Shown here in pieces: positions 1-11,115 of a stretch of 64,000 nt of DNA. The notes under the pieces are model-generated. The model saw only the letters and a list, made by a program, of their open reading frames with translations. It was not told where the DNA came from and did no database searches. Every line of letters starts with the position of its first letter. Position 1 is the stretch's first letter. The stretch is from Paecilomyces variotii (lineage: Eukaryota). A program made the translations under genes and the position numbers. The stretch is taken from NCBI GenBank assembly GCA_004022145.1, contig RCNU01000006.1; one strand, written 5' to 3'.

Positions 1-305
1 CCGTGTCATCAGACTTGCGTCCTGCTGATATGGCAGTGCTGCAAGAGAAACGGCATAAAGGACATAAATATGCTCCAAATCAAAAGTCTAATAAAGTATA
101 GAAGGAAATGCAATTGTATATGGAAAATCAAACCAACCCAATAAATATCATGGGCCCCTGGGTATCTCTAAAATGTGCCGCCCACACCCGTTTCCTCCGG
201 TAAACGCCATGGCCAATGTCCGGAAAGGATTGTAGATCAGAAAATGGGTATCATATGCAGGAATATGGTTCCCTGCCGGTGAATGAGACTAATATAGAAT
301 GCTCA

Positions 306-3300
306 TCACTTGAACAAGCTTCTATATTCCCTCATGCGTTGTTCTTGAACCTCCTTTTTGTCTATCTTGCCCCGATTCATGCTCATATCCGCCAGCTGCT
401 GTTTTCTCTTTGCCAGCTCGGCGATCTTCTCTTCGATACTATCCTTCATGAGAAACTGGACGGTGGTCACTTCGCGCGTCTGGCCAAGTCGGTGTACACG
501 ATCCACAGCTTGAGCAACAGCAGCTGGATTGTACTGTGGTTCCATGATGTATACCTTCGAAGCCGAAGTCAGATTCAGACCAACGCCACCAGCACCGATG
601 GTTGCTAGCAAAACAGTGATACGATCGTCATCTCTGAAGGTGTTGAGAGCTTTGTTGCGTGCCGCCAGAGACATTGTACCATCCAGGCGAGTGTATCCAG
701 TTATGCCGTTGTCGTTCAAAGCAATCTCAATCAAGTCTAGATGCGAAGTCCACGCAGAGAAAATAACGCTTTTTATAGGACGCTCGTTCTCTCCGAGCGT
801 CTTATTCTCTTCCACCGTATCGAGCAGATGCGAAATTAAAGCCTTCGTTTTTGTATGCGGACCCTCGTATTCACCAAGACTCTTGGCATGCTTGCGACTC
901 TGCTTCGCCTGCGCCTGTGTCTCCCAGTATTCCTGGAATCCGAGGGGCGTGATAGTGGAATACGCAGAAAGGATCCAGCCCTCGCAAACTGGACACCGGA
1001 TTTGGTTGACGGAAGAGGAATCAGACTGGCCATGGAGGAATTCCTCCCACGAGGAGAAACAGTCCGTGCAGACGACGTCGAAGCAAGGAAGCACCACTGC
1101 TATAGGTGCCGTCTTGTCAATAGCACCTGTCTCGGTGTATTTCTCTTCCAGATGTTTCCCGCAGCTCGCACATATGTCTGCTGATGAGTCTTGCATCAGA
1201 GCGAACATCTCGTAAGCCTTTCTATCCATTGCAGCGGGAGGGTCATTGGTCCCTTCTTCCAAATCGATAGCATCATGGGCACTCAATCCTTTGATCCTCT
1301 CGCGGTCCTCCTTATCAAGCAGCTCCTTTCCATGGGCACTGACCTGACGCAGGATCATCATTGCCTTCAGCACGTGGTGATACATGCGCCCGCCCATCTT
1401 CGTCTTGCTCTCGCCGGCAATAACGTTCATCATCACGTTGGACTCCCTCTTGAAAAAATCATGGAGTTCTTTCTCCTTGTCAGAGAATGTTAGAGTAACG
1501 ATCTTATCGTGCCTAGGTGGAATGTCAATCTTGTCCTTCACCCGACGAAGAGTAAATGAGTCCACAAGCACGCGCAGACTGGCTAACACGTTCGCATCCC
1601 CAGACTTGAATTTGCTTAGAATAGCAGCAGAGAAGGTGCTCCTATCATCATAAGGAAAGAGACGAAGGAACTTAGTGACTGATACGAGATCCTCCAGTCT
1701 GTTCTGAATAGGCGTTCCAGTAACGGACCAACGACGCTCGGCGTTCAATCGAAGTATAGCTTGTGTCTGCGCAGCGTTTTGCTCACGGATCGTGTGTGCC
1801 TCATCGAGAACAATGCGGAACATATTCATCTTAGTCAGTGGACTCACCCCTCTCCTAGAACCCCTCCGAGAAAGCTCGCTGAGAACAATGCTGTAAGTTG
1901 TAATGACAAGATCATACTTGGCAAGTTCCTCGACATCAGTGGTCCTCGAAGGCCCATGAAAGACGTAATATGAAATCGCGCCTTCTGTAAGATGCTCCTT
2001 TATTTGGGCTACCCAGTTGTTGACAGCACTCAGAGGAGAGACCAGAAGCGTTGTGCGAGTATTGCGAATACCTGGTGAGCCGCGCACGAGATCCGCACTG
2101 GGTATCATTTGTTCCCAATTACGGGATTCTGGGAGTGTCGCTATCACTAGCGATAGGATACTCAGTGTCTTTCCCAGACCCATCATGTCAGCAAGAAGAC
2201 CCCCCAATGTCTGCGGTGGTTCCTCGCTAAGGATCATCCCACTGATTATTTCGCGGTACCGTTTGACGCCGTTCCCCCGATATTCCAACCTCCACAGAGA
2301 GTTGTTGTCTTCTTCATTTGGCCCGAACCTGCGGGGCTTCTCCTTCTCAGTCATATACCATAAGGCCTGTTTCTGGTGGCGAAGAAGAGGAGTTGCAATT
2401 AGGGGCGACGGCTCCATCTCCGGTATGTTGTCTGCACTTTTGAGCTGATCGAACATCTTCATAACGGCGTTATTTACTTCCTCTGCTGTGCGGACTTCGT
2501 AGCTGACGCCCGGGCGGCCGCGCGCAGTTGTCGGCGTATGGGAGATCTGAGCACGTCTCCTTTCTGCGTGGGGGTTGAAAACAGGGACACCTTGTTCCAC
2601 CAAACTAGGAGTCCCCAGCCATACATTGTGCTGGCCAAGGTGCCTGCCAACTAGTTCCGCGTTCCTTCTGAGGCCATAGAGATTGATCGACACCCGGTAA
2701 AGGGCTGAGCATTGCTGCCACGGCCATTCATCTGGGGACCTCTTCCGAACATCCAGACGCGCGGAGATATCCACCTTCAATGCAGGAGTATCTAATAGAG
2801 GCACAATGGCCGCAGCCGTCTTGGCATCGACTGCGCCGAAAACATGGTTGTAAGGGTCAGAAACTTCTATCCGATTTCCCATACTAGGTTGGTGGTGAAT
2901 GCTCAGTTTTATAGAGGGCCAATCATGGAGTGAATCACCAAAGATACTCTTCGCACTAGGTTTAGGAACCATATGTGCTTGGATCATGGCACTCTCGATT
3001 TTGCCATAACAGACCCTCTGATTGCTGAGATCATTTGACCCGGTGACCTCCAAGTCATCATCCGCAGCTTGAGCGGGAGCAAAATCTATACGAGTAATCG
3101 TCAGACAATGAAACACGAAAATCAGTGCGATGGATAACGTCTTTGATGACTTACCCAGCGTCAGATCCACCACATTGGGCGTCACTGCAGTAGACGTATC
3201 CGACGTTCCTTTGTCCTCTTTCATCCACTCCCCGAGACCAACATTCCCCGACATTGAGAAATCCGATTTCTTATTTGCCACAGGCTTCTCCTCCCGTTCT

Positions 3301-3890
3301 TTCAGGACTTTTACGCGCTTCTGGGGTTGATCTGCGCGTCTCTCCACGCCGTACATATCCTCGATCAAGTTTCTATGACCTGTAGCCAGGTTATTTTCCA
3401 CTTGATCAAAGTTCCGTTTCCCGTCGCTATCATCTCCACTCTGATTCTGCTCAGCAGTTGTAAACTGGAACTGCATCTCAGGCTTGACCTGCGCCGGCTT
3501 CGTCGCAAGAAGGTTAGACTCGGTGGCGCTCTTCAAGGGATTCGAATTCGATCGCGCTCTCGGCCGTGATTTTGCGTTGCCTCTTGGATTGAGAAGTTGG
3601 TGCGCAGTAGAAGCCGTCCCCGCCGGCGCTGCGGGGTTAGCGGACGAACTCGTATCCTGTTGGGTTTTGCCTTCCAAGAGTAAGTCAGACTGTTTTATTC
3701 CTTGGGTGGGAGTCTTCTGGTGGGAGAATGGGTTGCAAGATAAGAGAGCTGCAGGAGGCTCGCTGCTCGCTCTCATAGTGTCCACGCCACGGGTTAAAGG
3801 TATTGAAGGAAATTCTGCGTTGTTACCATTTGCGATCTGTTGTTTCCTGTATGCTCGTGGGTCAAGGAGCATAGCCGCGCGAGACGCCAT
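306..3890 (-). CDS. SNF2-family (Rad5/Rad16-like) ATP-dependent helicase with RING-like finger
   Basis: GGLLADMMGLGKT (Walker A), VLDEAH (DEAH box), TGTPIQN, Cys cluster CASC...C...CTDC...CPVC between the helicase lobes, C-terminal helicase motifs (GGVGLNLT, QAVDRVHRLGQ). Likely 69-nt in-frame intron at 3086-3154 (GTAAGT...CTGAC...TAG). Confidence 0.93.
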   Translation of the reverse strand: MASRAAMLLDPRAYRKQQIANGNNAEFPSIPLTRGVDTMRASSEPPAALLSCNPFSHQKTPTQGIKQSDLLLEGKTQQDTSSSANPAAPAGTASTAHQLLNPRGNAKSRPRARSNSNPLKSATESNLLATKPAQVKPEMQFQFTTAEQNQSGDDSDGKRNFDQVENNLATGHRNLIEDMYGVERRADQPQKRVKVLKEREEKPVANKKSDFSMSGNVGLGEWMKEDKGTSDTSTAVTPNVVDLTLGKSSKTLSIALIFVFHCLTITRIDFAPAQAADDDLEVTGSNDLSNQRVCYGKIESAMIQAHMVPKPSAKSIFGDSLHDWPSIKLSIHHQPSMGNRIEVSDPYNHVFGAVDAKTAAAIVPLLDTPALKVDISARLDVRKRSPDEWPWQQCSALYRVSINLYGLRRNAELVGRHLGQHNVWLGTPSLVEQGVPVFNPHAERRRAQISHTPTTARGRPGVSYEVRTAEEVNNAVMKMFDQLKSADNIPEMEPSPLIATPLLRHQKQALWYMTEKEKPRRFGPNEEDNNSLWRLEYRGNGVKRYREIISGMILSEEPPQTLGGLLADMMGLGKTLSILSLVIATLPESRNWEQMIPSADLVRGSPGIRNTRTTLLVSPLSAVNNWVAQIKEHLTEGAISYYVFHGPSRTTDVEELAKYDLVITTYSIVLSELSRRGSRRGVSPLTKMNMFRIVLDEAHTIREQNAAQTQAILRLNAERRWSVTGTPIQNRLEDLVSVTKFLRLFPYDDRSTFSAAILSKFKSGDANVLASLRVLVDSFTLRRVKDKIDIPPRHDKIVTLTFSDKEKELHDFFKRESNVMMNVIAGESKTKMGGRMYHHVLKAMMILRQVSAHGKELLDKEDRERIKGLSAHDAIDLEEGTNDPPAAMDRKAYEMFALMQDSSADICASCGKHLEEKYTETGAIDKTAPIAVVLPCFDVVCTDCFSSWEEFLHGQSDSSSVNQIRCPVCEGWILSAYSTITPLGFQEYWETQAQAKQSRKHAKSLGEYEGPHTKTKALISHLLDTVEENKTLGENERPIKSVIFSAWTSHLDLIEIALNDNGITGYTRLDGTMSLAARNKALNTFRDDDRITVLLATIGAGGVGLNLTSASKVYIMEPQYNPAAVAQAVDRVHRLGQTREVTTVQFLMKDSIEEKIAELAKRKQQLADMSMNRGKIDKKEVQEQRMREYRSLFK

Positions 3891-4478
3891 GGCTCAAAAG
3901 ATGCTAGAAGACAGTAATCACAGAGGCGACCACTCTGATAGATATGGAGGAAGAGTTGCAAGTCGCGACCTCGAGAGGACGCGCGATTTTAATTGTATGG
4001 TTAGACGAGGAACGGTCCTCGAGGATACAGTGAGGAGACCTTCAAACGAGACGAAGGGTCCCAACGAGTCGACGGAAAGTAGACTGGGCCTGCCAGCTGC
4101 AGCGACTGGAGTTGACAATGAAAGCGCACTGAGGCAGCGTTGAGATCAAAGCAGCCCACCAGCGCCTCACATCGTGTCGGGGAAAAACGAGCAATGGAGC
4201 GCGGAGATCCGATGGAGTTGGAGAGAAGCCGCCATGACGCATCGCCGATCAGATAACCGATAAGGGCACGTGACCGCATCCAACCTATGCTGCTCTTAAG
4301 ATACCCAAGAGGATGGGGCAACAAGTTGGAGCAATTAAGATATTTAGTGAATGACCAACTGGAATCGTCAAGCTGCATTTCGATATTTGGACTATCATCT
4401 CTGCCATTTCCATTTGATACATTCTGATACCTAAATATAGTCTAACTGAAGGCTCAGTTTGTATCATACCGTACTCAT

Positions 4479-5323
4479 CTATCGAGCTAGAAATCCACCA
4501 TCAATTGGGAGGCAGACGCCTGTGACATAAGAGGCAGCATCTGAAGCCAACCACAATAATCCCTGGGCAACTTCTTGTGTTTCGCCGAACCGCCCCAGGA
4601 GGCTAACCACAGATGCGATTTGCTGATGTGTTGCGCCAACAATCTTCAGTGACTCGGCTGACATCTGAGTCTAGACGCGATCTATTTGTTAGGACAGCGC
4701 TACACCAAGTGAGACAAAAGACCTACATGGATTGCTCCAGGCGCAACAAGATTGACCCTGATTCCGTGATGAGCACCTTCCATCGCAGCGTGTTTAGTCA
4801 GGCCAACCAAGGCATGCTTTGTTGCCGTGTATGCTGGCATCTTAGGCTGTGGTCGAAATGCATTAATAGAGGCAATGTTGATAATCGACGCATTATTTGT
4901 CTTCTGCTTGATCATCTGCTGCATTTCATATTTGCAGCAGAGTGCTGTTCCCGTGAGGTTGATGTCAACAACTCGCCGCCAGTAATCTTCGTCGAACTCG
5001 AAAAGAGATGTACGGTCTGGAGTAATTGCCGCGTTGTTGATTGCAACATCTAGCTTGCCAAACTTTTGCACGGTCTGTTGGACGGCACGCTGCACCTCAG
5101 CGGACTTTGAGATATCTGTATGCACAAAATAGGCTTCGGCAGATTCGATATCCTTTGCTATCTCTTGCAACGCAGAGACCGTAGTTTGCCCTTCAATATC
5201 ATTGATGTCTGCGATGACAACTTTGGCGCCGGCTTGTGCGAATAGTTCAGCTGTCGCACGACCAATACCTTGAGCGGCACCTGTTATGAGAGCACATTTG
5301 TTGTGTAGCATGTGCGAAGCCAT
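4479..5323 (-). CDS. Classical short-chain dehydrogenase/reductase (SDR)
   Basis: TGAAQGIG Rossmann motif, NNAA motif, catalytic YTATK (YxxxK), C-terminal [14 protein letters not shown]. Intron 4671-4726 (GTAGGT...CTAAC...TAG) joins ORFs 4700..5323 and 4479..4664 as GAIH|TQMSAE. Confidence 0.92.
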
Positions 5324-6768
5324 AGTGCTGGCGATATTGACGGTGTGAATGGGACGAAAAGGTCTACCTAATGAGATATTCCGCTTAGAAATCTAGGTCT
5401 AGCAAAGATATATCAGAGTGGAGAAGCGAAACCAACATATAGCACTTGATATTGGTTTCTGATAACCATCAATGGTGGATGGTGCTCACAGTCCCAGCTG
5501 TCTTATTACTGGAACCTGACGTGCGACGTCATAGAACGATCGAGATCCTTCACGGCATAGATAGTTATCCATATTGCCGTCTCTATCTGGCCGATTGACT
5601 GGATACTGCGACTCGCTCAATTTAGATCATAGCAGGGACAGCTGGACTCGGTATCTCTTCCCCATGACAAGGATGATCATCCTAACAGGAAAAAGATAAT
5701 TGGCTGATTTTCAACCGTATTAAGATTGCAAACAAGTAAGCAGTCTGTGAAACTAAGCAGGCACAATTGCGAATCAAAGTTATTGTTCCCATTGCGACTA
5801 ACCCTGAAGTTGGCTCGCTACTGGTGCTCGTAGATCTACTAATCCACGAGCTATAGTCCTAGAGAATGGTAGCGTCTACGGTTGCATGTAAGCTGGCGAG
5901 GTGTTTCCGCTTCGATTATTAACAGTGCAGTGCCAAAAGTTTAGTTCGATCCAATCCAATCGTGCAACTCTGAGTGTGAGTATGTAGTCACAGGCTAACT
6001 AATGGATGCTCTAGCTAACATGGCGGACGGTTTCTCCGGTTTTTGCCAGGTTTTATATGACCGTGACACCCAACTACTTAGCGAGCTCCCTTTTGAGGGA
6101 TCATATGTTGTATATTTTATCAAGTACGAGAGAAGCTAAGCGATTTTTGAATCTTCTTCAGGCTACTAGGATTGGTTGTATTTTGATGGCTTTCTGCCAC
6201 TCGACCAAAAAGGAGAACTCCTAGTTGGCGAGACTCTACCTGGACCTCTAACATATTTCACACAACGCTGACACTTGTTCTGTCCTTATGTCGACCGTGG
6301 ATAAGATTTTCCCCTTTATAGCACATAAGTACTGATGTTTAGATTGTAGGATTCTTCTTGCTTGGAAAACTAAAATGAACTGGGCCAGTTATTTTTCGCT
6401 AATAAATACCTATACTGAACAAATAGCTGTACGCAGGTTCGTAGATCGCCAGAAGAGTGTAGAACTGACTTCCGTTTAGTGTTATTTGCCTTTAGCCATC
6501 AGTAGCAGTCACCGGCCATAGGATCCTCTCGAAGTATTATTGGCAAGGGTAGAACTACATATTCCAGGGGTCTCTCGAAACATTGTCAGATGAGATACTT
6601 AGTGCTTATTTCTCTACTAACATGTGTGGCAGCTAATCAAGATCCGCCAAAAAAAAAGGCCTTATCGTTAAGAGCGTTATCTTCCGCGCTCAAAATATAT
6701 CACATTGTATACGGACAAGATGGCATTCATAGTTTTCCTCGCGCCTCTCAGTATACGAGGATCCGGGA

Positions 6769-8512
6769 TCACTCCCTCCGTCGAAGGTCATATCTATGAC
6801 GGGTCACACGTTGCACGTCCAAATAACGAAACAAATGGGTGAATCCCCACCTGCTATACTTCACTCCACTCTCACTCTTTTGGGTGTTTCCCCAGTCAGC
6901 TATTGAATGTACTGCTAATGCAGTGGCAACCCCACGATTTCCAATGTGGACGTTGGCTTTCCCTGTCCGGCACAGCCAGCTTACGGGCCACCCCCCATCT
7001 CTTTCCTGCAGGTTCAACAGTTTCATCTTGTCCATCTCTGAGGACTTTTCGATTGCAAGCATTCTGCAGGCGATGATTCGCATCGATAATTCAATAGCGT
7101 TACCTTCCGTGTTGCAGCGCTCTTTCAAACGGTCAGTCAACAAACTCTGCGTAGACCGCTGAATTTCCGTATCTGGATTCTCCCACAGTAAACGAGACAG
7201 ATAGAAGAGAAAAACATCAGGCGATGAATAATATCTTGTTCCATCGAGATAGGCACGGTGAAGTAGGGTCCCGTATATCCAATCTTTTGTTGGCAACAAA
7301 ACTTTGTCCTCGCCGTGACCATAACGATAAAAAAACCGGAGAACGTTGACGCAGACAGCTGGGTCGGTTCGAGGCCTAGAACTATCAAAGTATGTCTGCC
7401 GTAGATGATTAGAATAGATTAAGGGCAATTTCTTTTCTTCAAGGTCAGCTTGAAAATACCATGAAGATTCCATCAGAAGTGGTGAAGTCAAGAATCTCAG
7501 ACATAACAGCTTGTGCTGCTGGAGGATTTCTTGGTAAAACTACTAACGCAAGACACGTTGTGTCCAGATCATCAGGGTAATGGCCAGAAATAAGATTCTG
7601 GCTTCCTGTTGACGATGCTTAGCCCTCTTGAAACGTGACGGCATGACGCTAGTCGATATGGATTCCATATACCTATGAAGTAATTCCATGTCTTTTCGTG
7701 CCATTCAAGGTCAAGCATATCACTATCATTGATATCAGTATCTTTGCTAGTAGCTTCACGGGTCGAAGCATGAATACGTACAGTACTCCCGTTGCCTCGT
7801 ATATCAAAAGCTGTGAAAAGTTATCGCGAATCTCCATTCCATTGCTGGTTACTGAATGTAGACGCTTCGAGTTCGATGTGAGAAACGACAGTCCTCTCTT
7901 CTCCGGGTCCGACAAGAGATTTAGCAGCGCCTGATCCAGAGAACTTAAGCTATCAAAGATGATTCCATGTATTCCAAGGGACCGAGCGGCCAGGATATTC
8001 TCTGTTTTGTTGTCAATTAGAACCGCTCGCGAGGGATCGACTCGAGTCTTTTGAAGTAGGTATTTGTATGACTTCAATTCCGGTTTGCACGCCCCCATTG
8101 CACAAGAGACGAATATGTCGTCGAAAACATCACATGCAAAGCCCCGTACATTCTGGAGATAGCCCCAGTCAACAACAGAAACATTAGACATGATGTAGAT
8201 GTGAGAAATTCCCGGATATTGCTTTTTAAGTGATTTGACAAAATTATAGACGTCCATGTTCAGCGAAATCGTCTGTCGAGCTTTGTCAAAGATCTCAGCA
8301 ACCTCTGTAGGGGTGATCGCAAATCGAGATGCAATTTGTCTGTAGCATTCCACTTCTTGGACCAGGCCACATATGTATTGTCGCCAGATTTCGGTCGACT
8401 GAACCTCCTTCAATAAGTGAATGGAAAGGTCAGATTGACCCACTTTTGGAGACCAGTTGAAGATCACATCCCCCAGATCAAATATGAGTGACCAATTCCC
8501 GGTATCGTTCAT
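6769..8512 (-). CDS. HAD-like class II terpene cyclase (AstC/DrtB/AncC-type drimenyl-diphosphate/drimenol synthase-like), 4 exons, ~517 aa
   Basis: Manually spliced exons 8512-7782, 7722-7673, 7605-7460, 7395-6769 keep frame. N-terminal HAD domain (LIFDLGDV, CKP, IDNKTEN). C-terminal domain has DNFSQLLIYE, TWNYF, YPDDLDTT (DxDTT protonation motif, 7556-7573), RTDPAVCVNVL, RAYLDGTRYY and QW-like QERDGGW. Confidence 0.88.
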
Positions 8513-9375
8513 CTTAATGACGAAGGATAGGATGTCTAGATAACAAAGCCAAGATGCAAAAGTTTATTCAAGTATGAAGGGATTATCGTTATTCAGAGAG
8601 GTGTGAAAAAGCATCTTAATATACGTACTACGCGACGTTATTCCAGTAAGAACTATTATCTCCATCAACAGGGAGATAAACCTGAATTTTGGACTAGCCA
8701 GTACTTCTGATCACTTGGACGTTCTTACAAATGGTGTACCATGCATGCAATGTCAGATTTAAGTAGAAACTATCGATCAGTTGTCCCATACGCTTGCCTA
8801 CCTCCAGGGCTATGGGCATGGCTCATGGTGGTGTCCTGACCGTGGGATGCACTAATGAACATTATCACACACCACCATTTATTTCCGAGTATTATTACCC
8901 AGGTTCTATGTTATACGATGCATCTGCACAGTAAGATTACCAATCTCACAGCTTTCTAATGGACATTGGCGCACTCTTCTATGCTCGGTGACGACTTTTC
9001 GATTATCTCATAGAGATAGGATGCACCTGTGTATTCATCCGGTAAGACATTAATGACCAGACGAGCTCACCTGGCATAATCTAGATTGGAATCTAAGTTT
9101 TTTTGTTGGAAGAGGGGGGTTACATTGCAGACTCCTCAGTTTCAAAGAATTGTATCTCCTATTTGAAGGAACAGCTAACTGCGCAACGTAAATTTACTTT
9201 TATATTGTTCACATACCCTAACTGAGTTACATATATTCTATTGAAGTGGCCTATTTTCGCCAAAAAAAGTTGTCTGTTATCAAGGAAGATGTATCAGCTC
9301 GAAAAGCTCACCGATCCAGGTGAACGTTTGCCTCTTACCTTCTGCTATGACTACCTCTCACTATTGTCGTCACCT

Positions 9376-10657
9376 ATGGTCCCTAGCACCTGGGACTTTG
9401 AAAATCCCTGCAAGGACTGGGAGAGATCTCTAGAGTATCAGAAAAATTCATTTGTCCTACACCCACAAGCGGCTAATTTACCATTTCATTCGGGTCTTCC
9501 CGCGCGAGCCAATCGTTTCCTTGGATCCGTGATCGAATATAGCGAGATATTATTGGGAACTTTTGCAGAAGATCAGGATCTCCAGAAGGTTCGACTCCTC
9601 AATGGGATGTCACTAGCAGATGTTGCATGTCGGCAGCTGCAAAAGCCACCAATGGAAAGATTCATCGTACCAGCAACACAACTCTTCCCTTATGCAAATC
9701 AAGAGAGGTTGAAATTGATTGCAGCGTCAACGCTATTAATTGTATTACTTGACGGTGAGTCACACTTAGCAAGCTGAAGAACGTGAAAACGCAGGGGAAA
9801 TAACCGAGCTTACGATACTATAATAGATGCTCAACAAGAGATCAAAACGGATATGGTAAGGTTTCCCGCTGGACTTTGGGACTGTTTGTTCACTGATACT
9901 TATTCGGTCATTTTCTATCAGCTCGAACATGCCCTGGAAGATTTCAGCAAGCGGCTGGCAAATAGGCCTGTGGAAAATTCCTCGCGGTCAAGTCGATTTC
10001 AGAATTTCATCGACGAGTTTACCCGAGACGTACTCTCAGCAGACGCTATCACGGATACTGGAGGACACGATGTCATCGAGACAATGTGCAAGTGGATCAC
10101 ACATGAACAGTATAAAGAACAGTTTGGCTCTGTAACAGAATATATGGAATACAGGTGGCACGATTCAGCTTTCCTGTATGAGATATATGTTGTTGCTTAA
10201 TGTTTATCTATGGATGCTGACCTCGCACAGATGGACATGCGCCTGTGTCAAATTTTCAATAGCATCCAATGTCGATCTTAGTGACCCGAAGTTAGCGACA
10301 TTTATGCGAGAAGCAGGGAACCATCTCTCATTGGTAAACGACTTGGCATCTTTTGAGAAGGAGGTACGAGAATTCGAATCAGGAAAGGCCTCTTCAGTGA
10401 TCAATGTCGTGGACGTGCTCCAACGTGAAAACAAAATCGATGCATTGGAAGCAAAGCGAAGAGCATATTCGATGCAACTTGAGTCAGAGAGTCTCATAAA
10501 GGAAGAACTGGAGCGCTTGAAATCGCAGGGGTCATTATCCCTGGAGCAATGGCTATTTGTTGATGCGGTTATAGCGATGCTTGGTGGAAATGTCTTTTTC
10601 TGCATGACTACATCCCGATATGGTGGAGAATCATCACGAATCGGTGGTTATGATTAG
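9376..10657 (+). CDS. Class I (Mg2+/ionisation-dependent) terpene synthase, 4 exons, ~362 aa
   Basis: Exons 9376-9754, 9827-9855, 9922-10175, 10231-10657 keep frame. Asp-rich LLDDAQQE spans intron 1; YRWHDS effector-Arg region; NSE motif NDLASFEKE; C-terminal TSRY. Alternative in-frame ATG at 9289. Confidence 0.85.
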
Positions 10658-11115
10658 ATCTGATCTTATATGCAGGGAAGGACCAGCTTTTACCCTTCTA
10701 GGAAATATGGTGCGCAACGGCTGGACATCTAGCAGAGATCTAGATATCGTATGATACGGGTAATCTAATTCGAAGATCTTCACCCTTCAGCAGTGGCATA
10801 GAAGTAAAATCGAAGTAGGTCCGTAGAGTTACGTGAGGAGGATGCCGGAAGTTACAGTAAGACGGTGGCTAAACTGGCACTTTGAAATTTATGTAAGTTG
10901 GTTTATCTGCTATCGTGTCTCTTAAGCCATGAAAACATGTGTATGAGTTGTTGGAAATGATGGTTCTACCGGGACATAGCCGCTTTGGCGTCTCTAACAG
11001 GAGTGTATAACACCATTCAGATACATACAGGCCGGGTATTATTCGTAATCTGAGATATTTACACCGAAGTGAAACAAATCATTACTTGGACTCGTAAAGA
11101 TAAGTAAAAGCGATC

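Noticed and set aside
6590-6799. 69-aa ORF with a signal-peptide-like start (MRYLVLISLLTCVAA)
   Set aside because: Short, contains a poly-A-derived KKK, overlaps the 3' end of the cyclase antisense, no recognisable domain.
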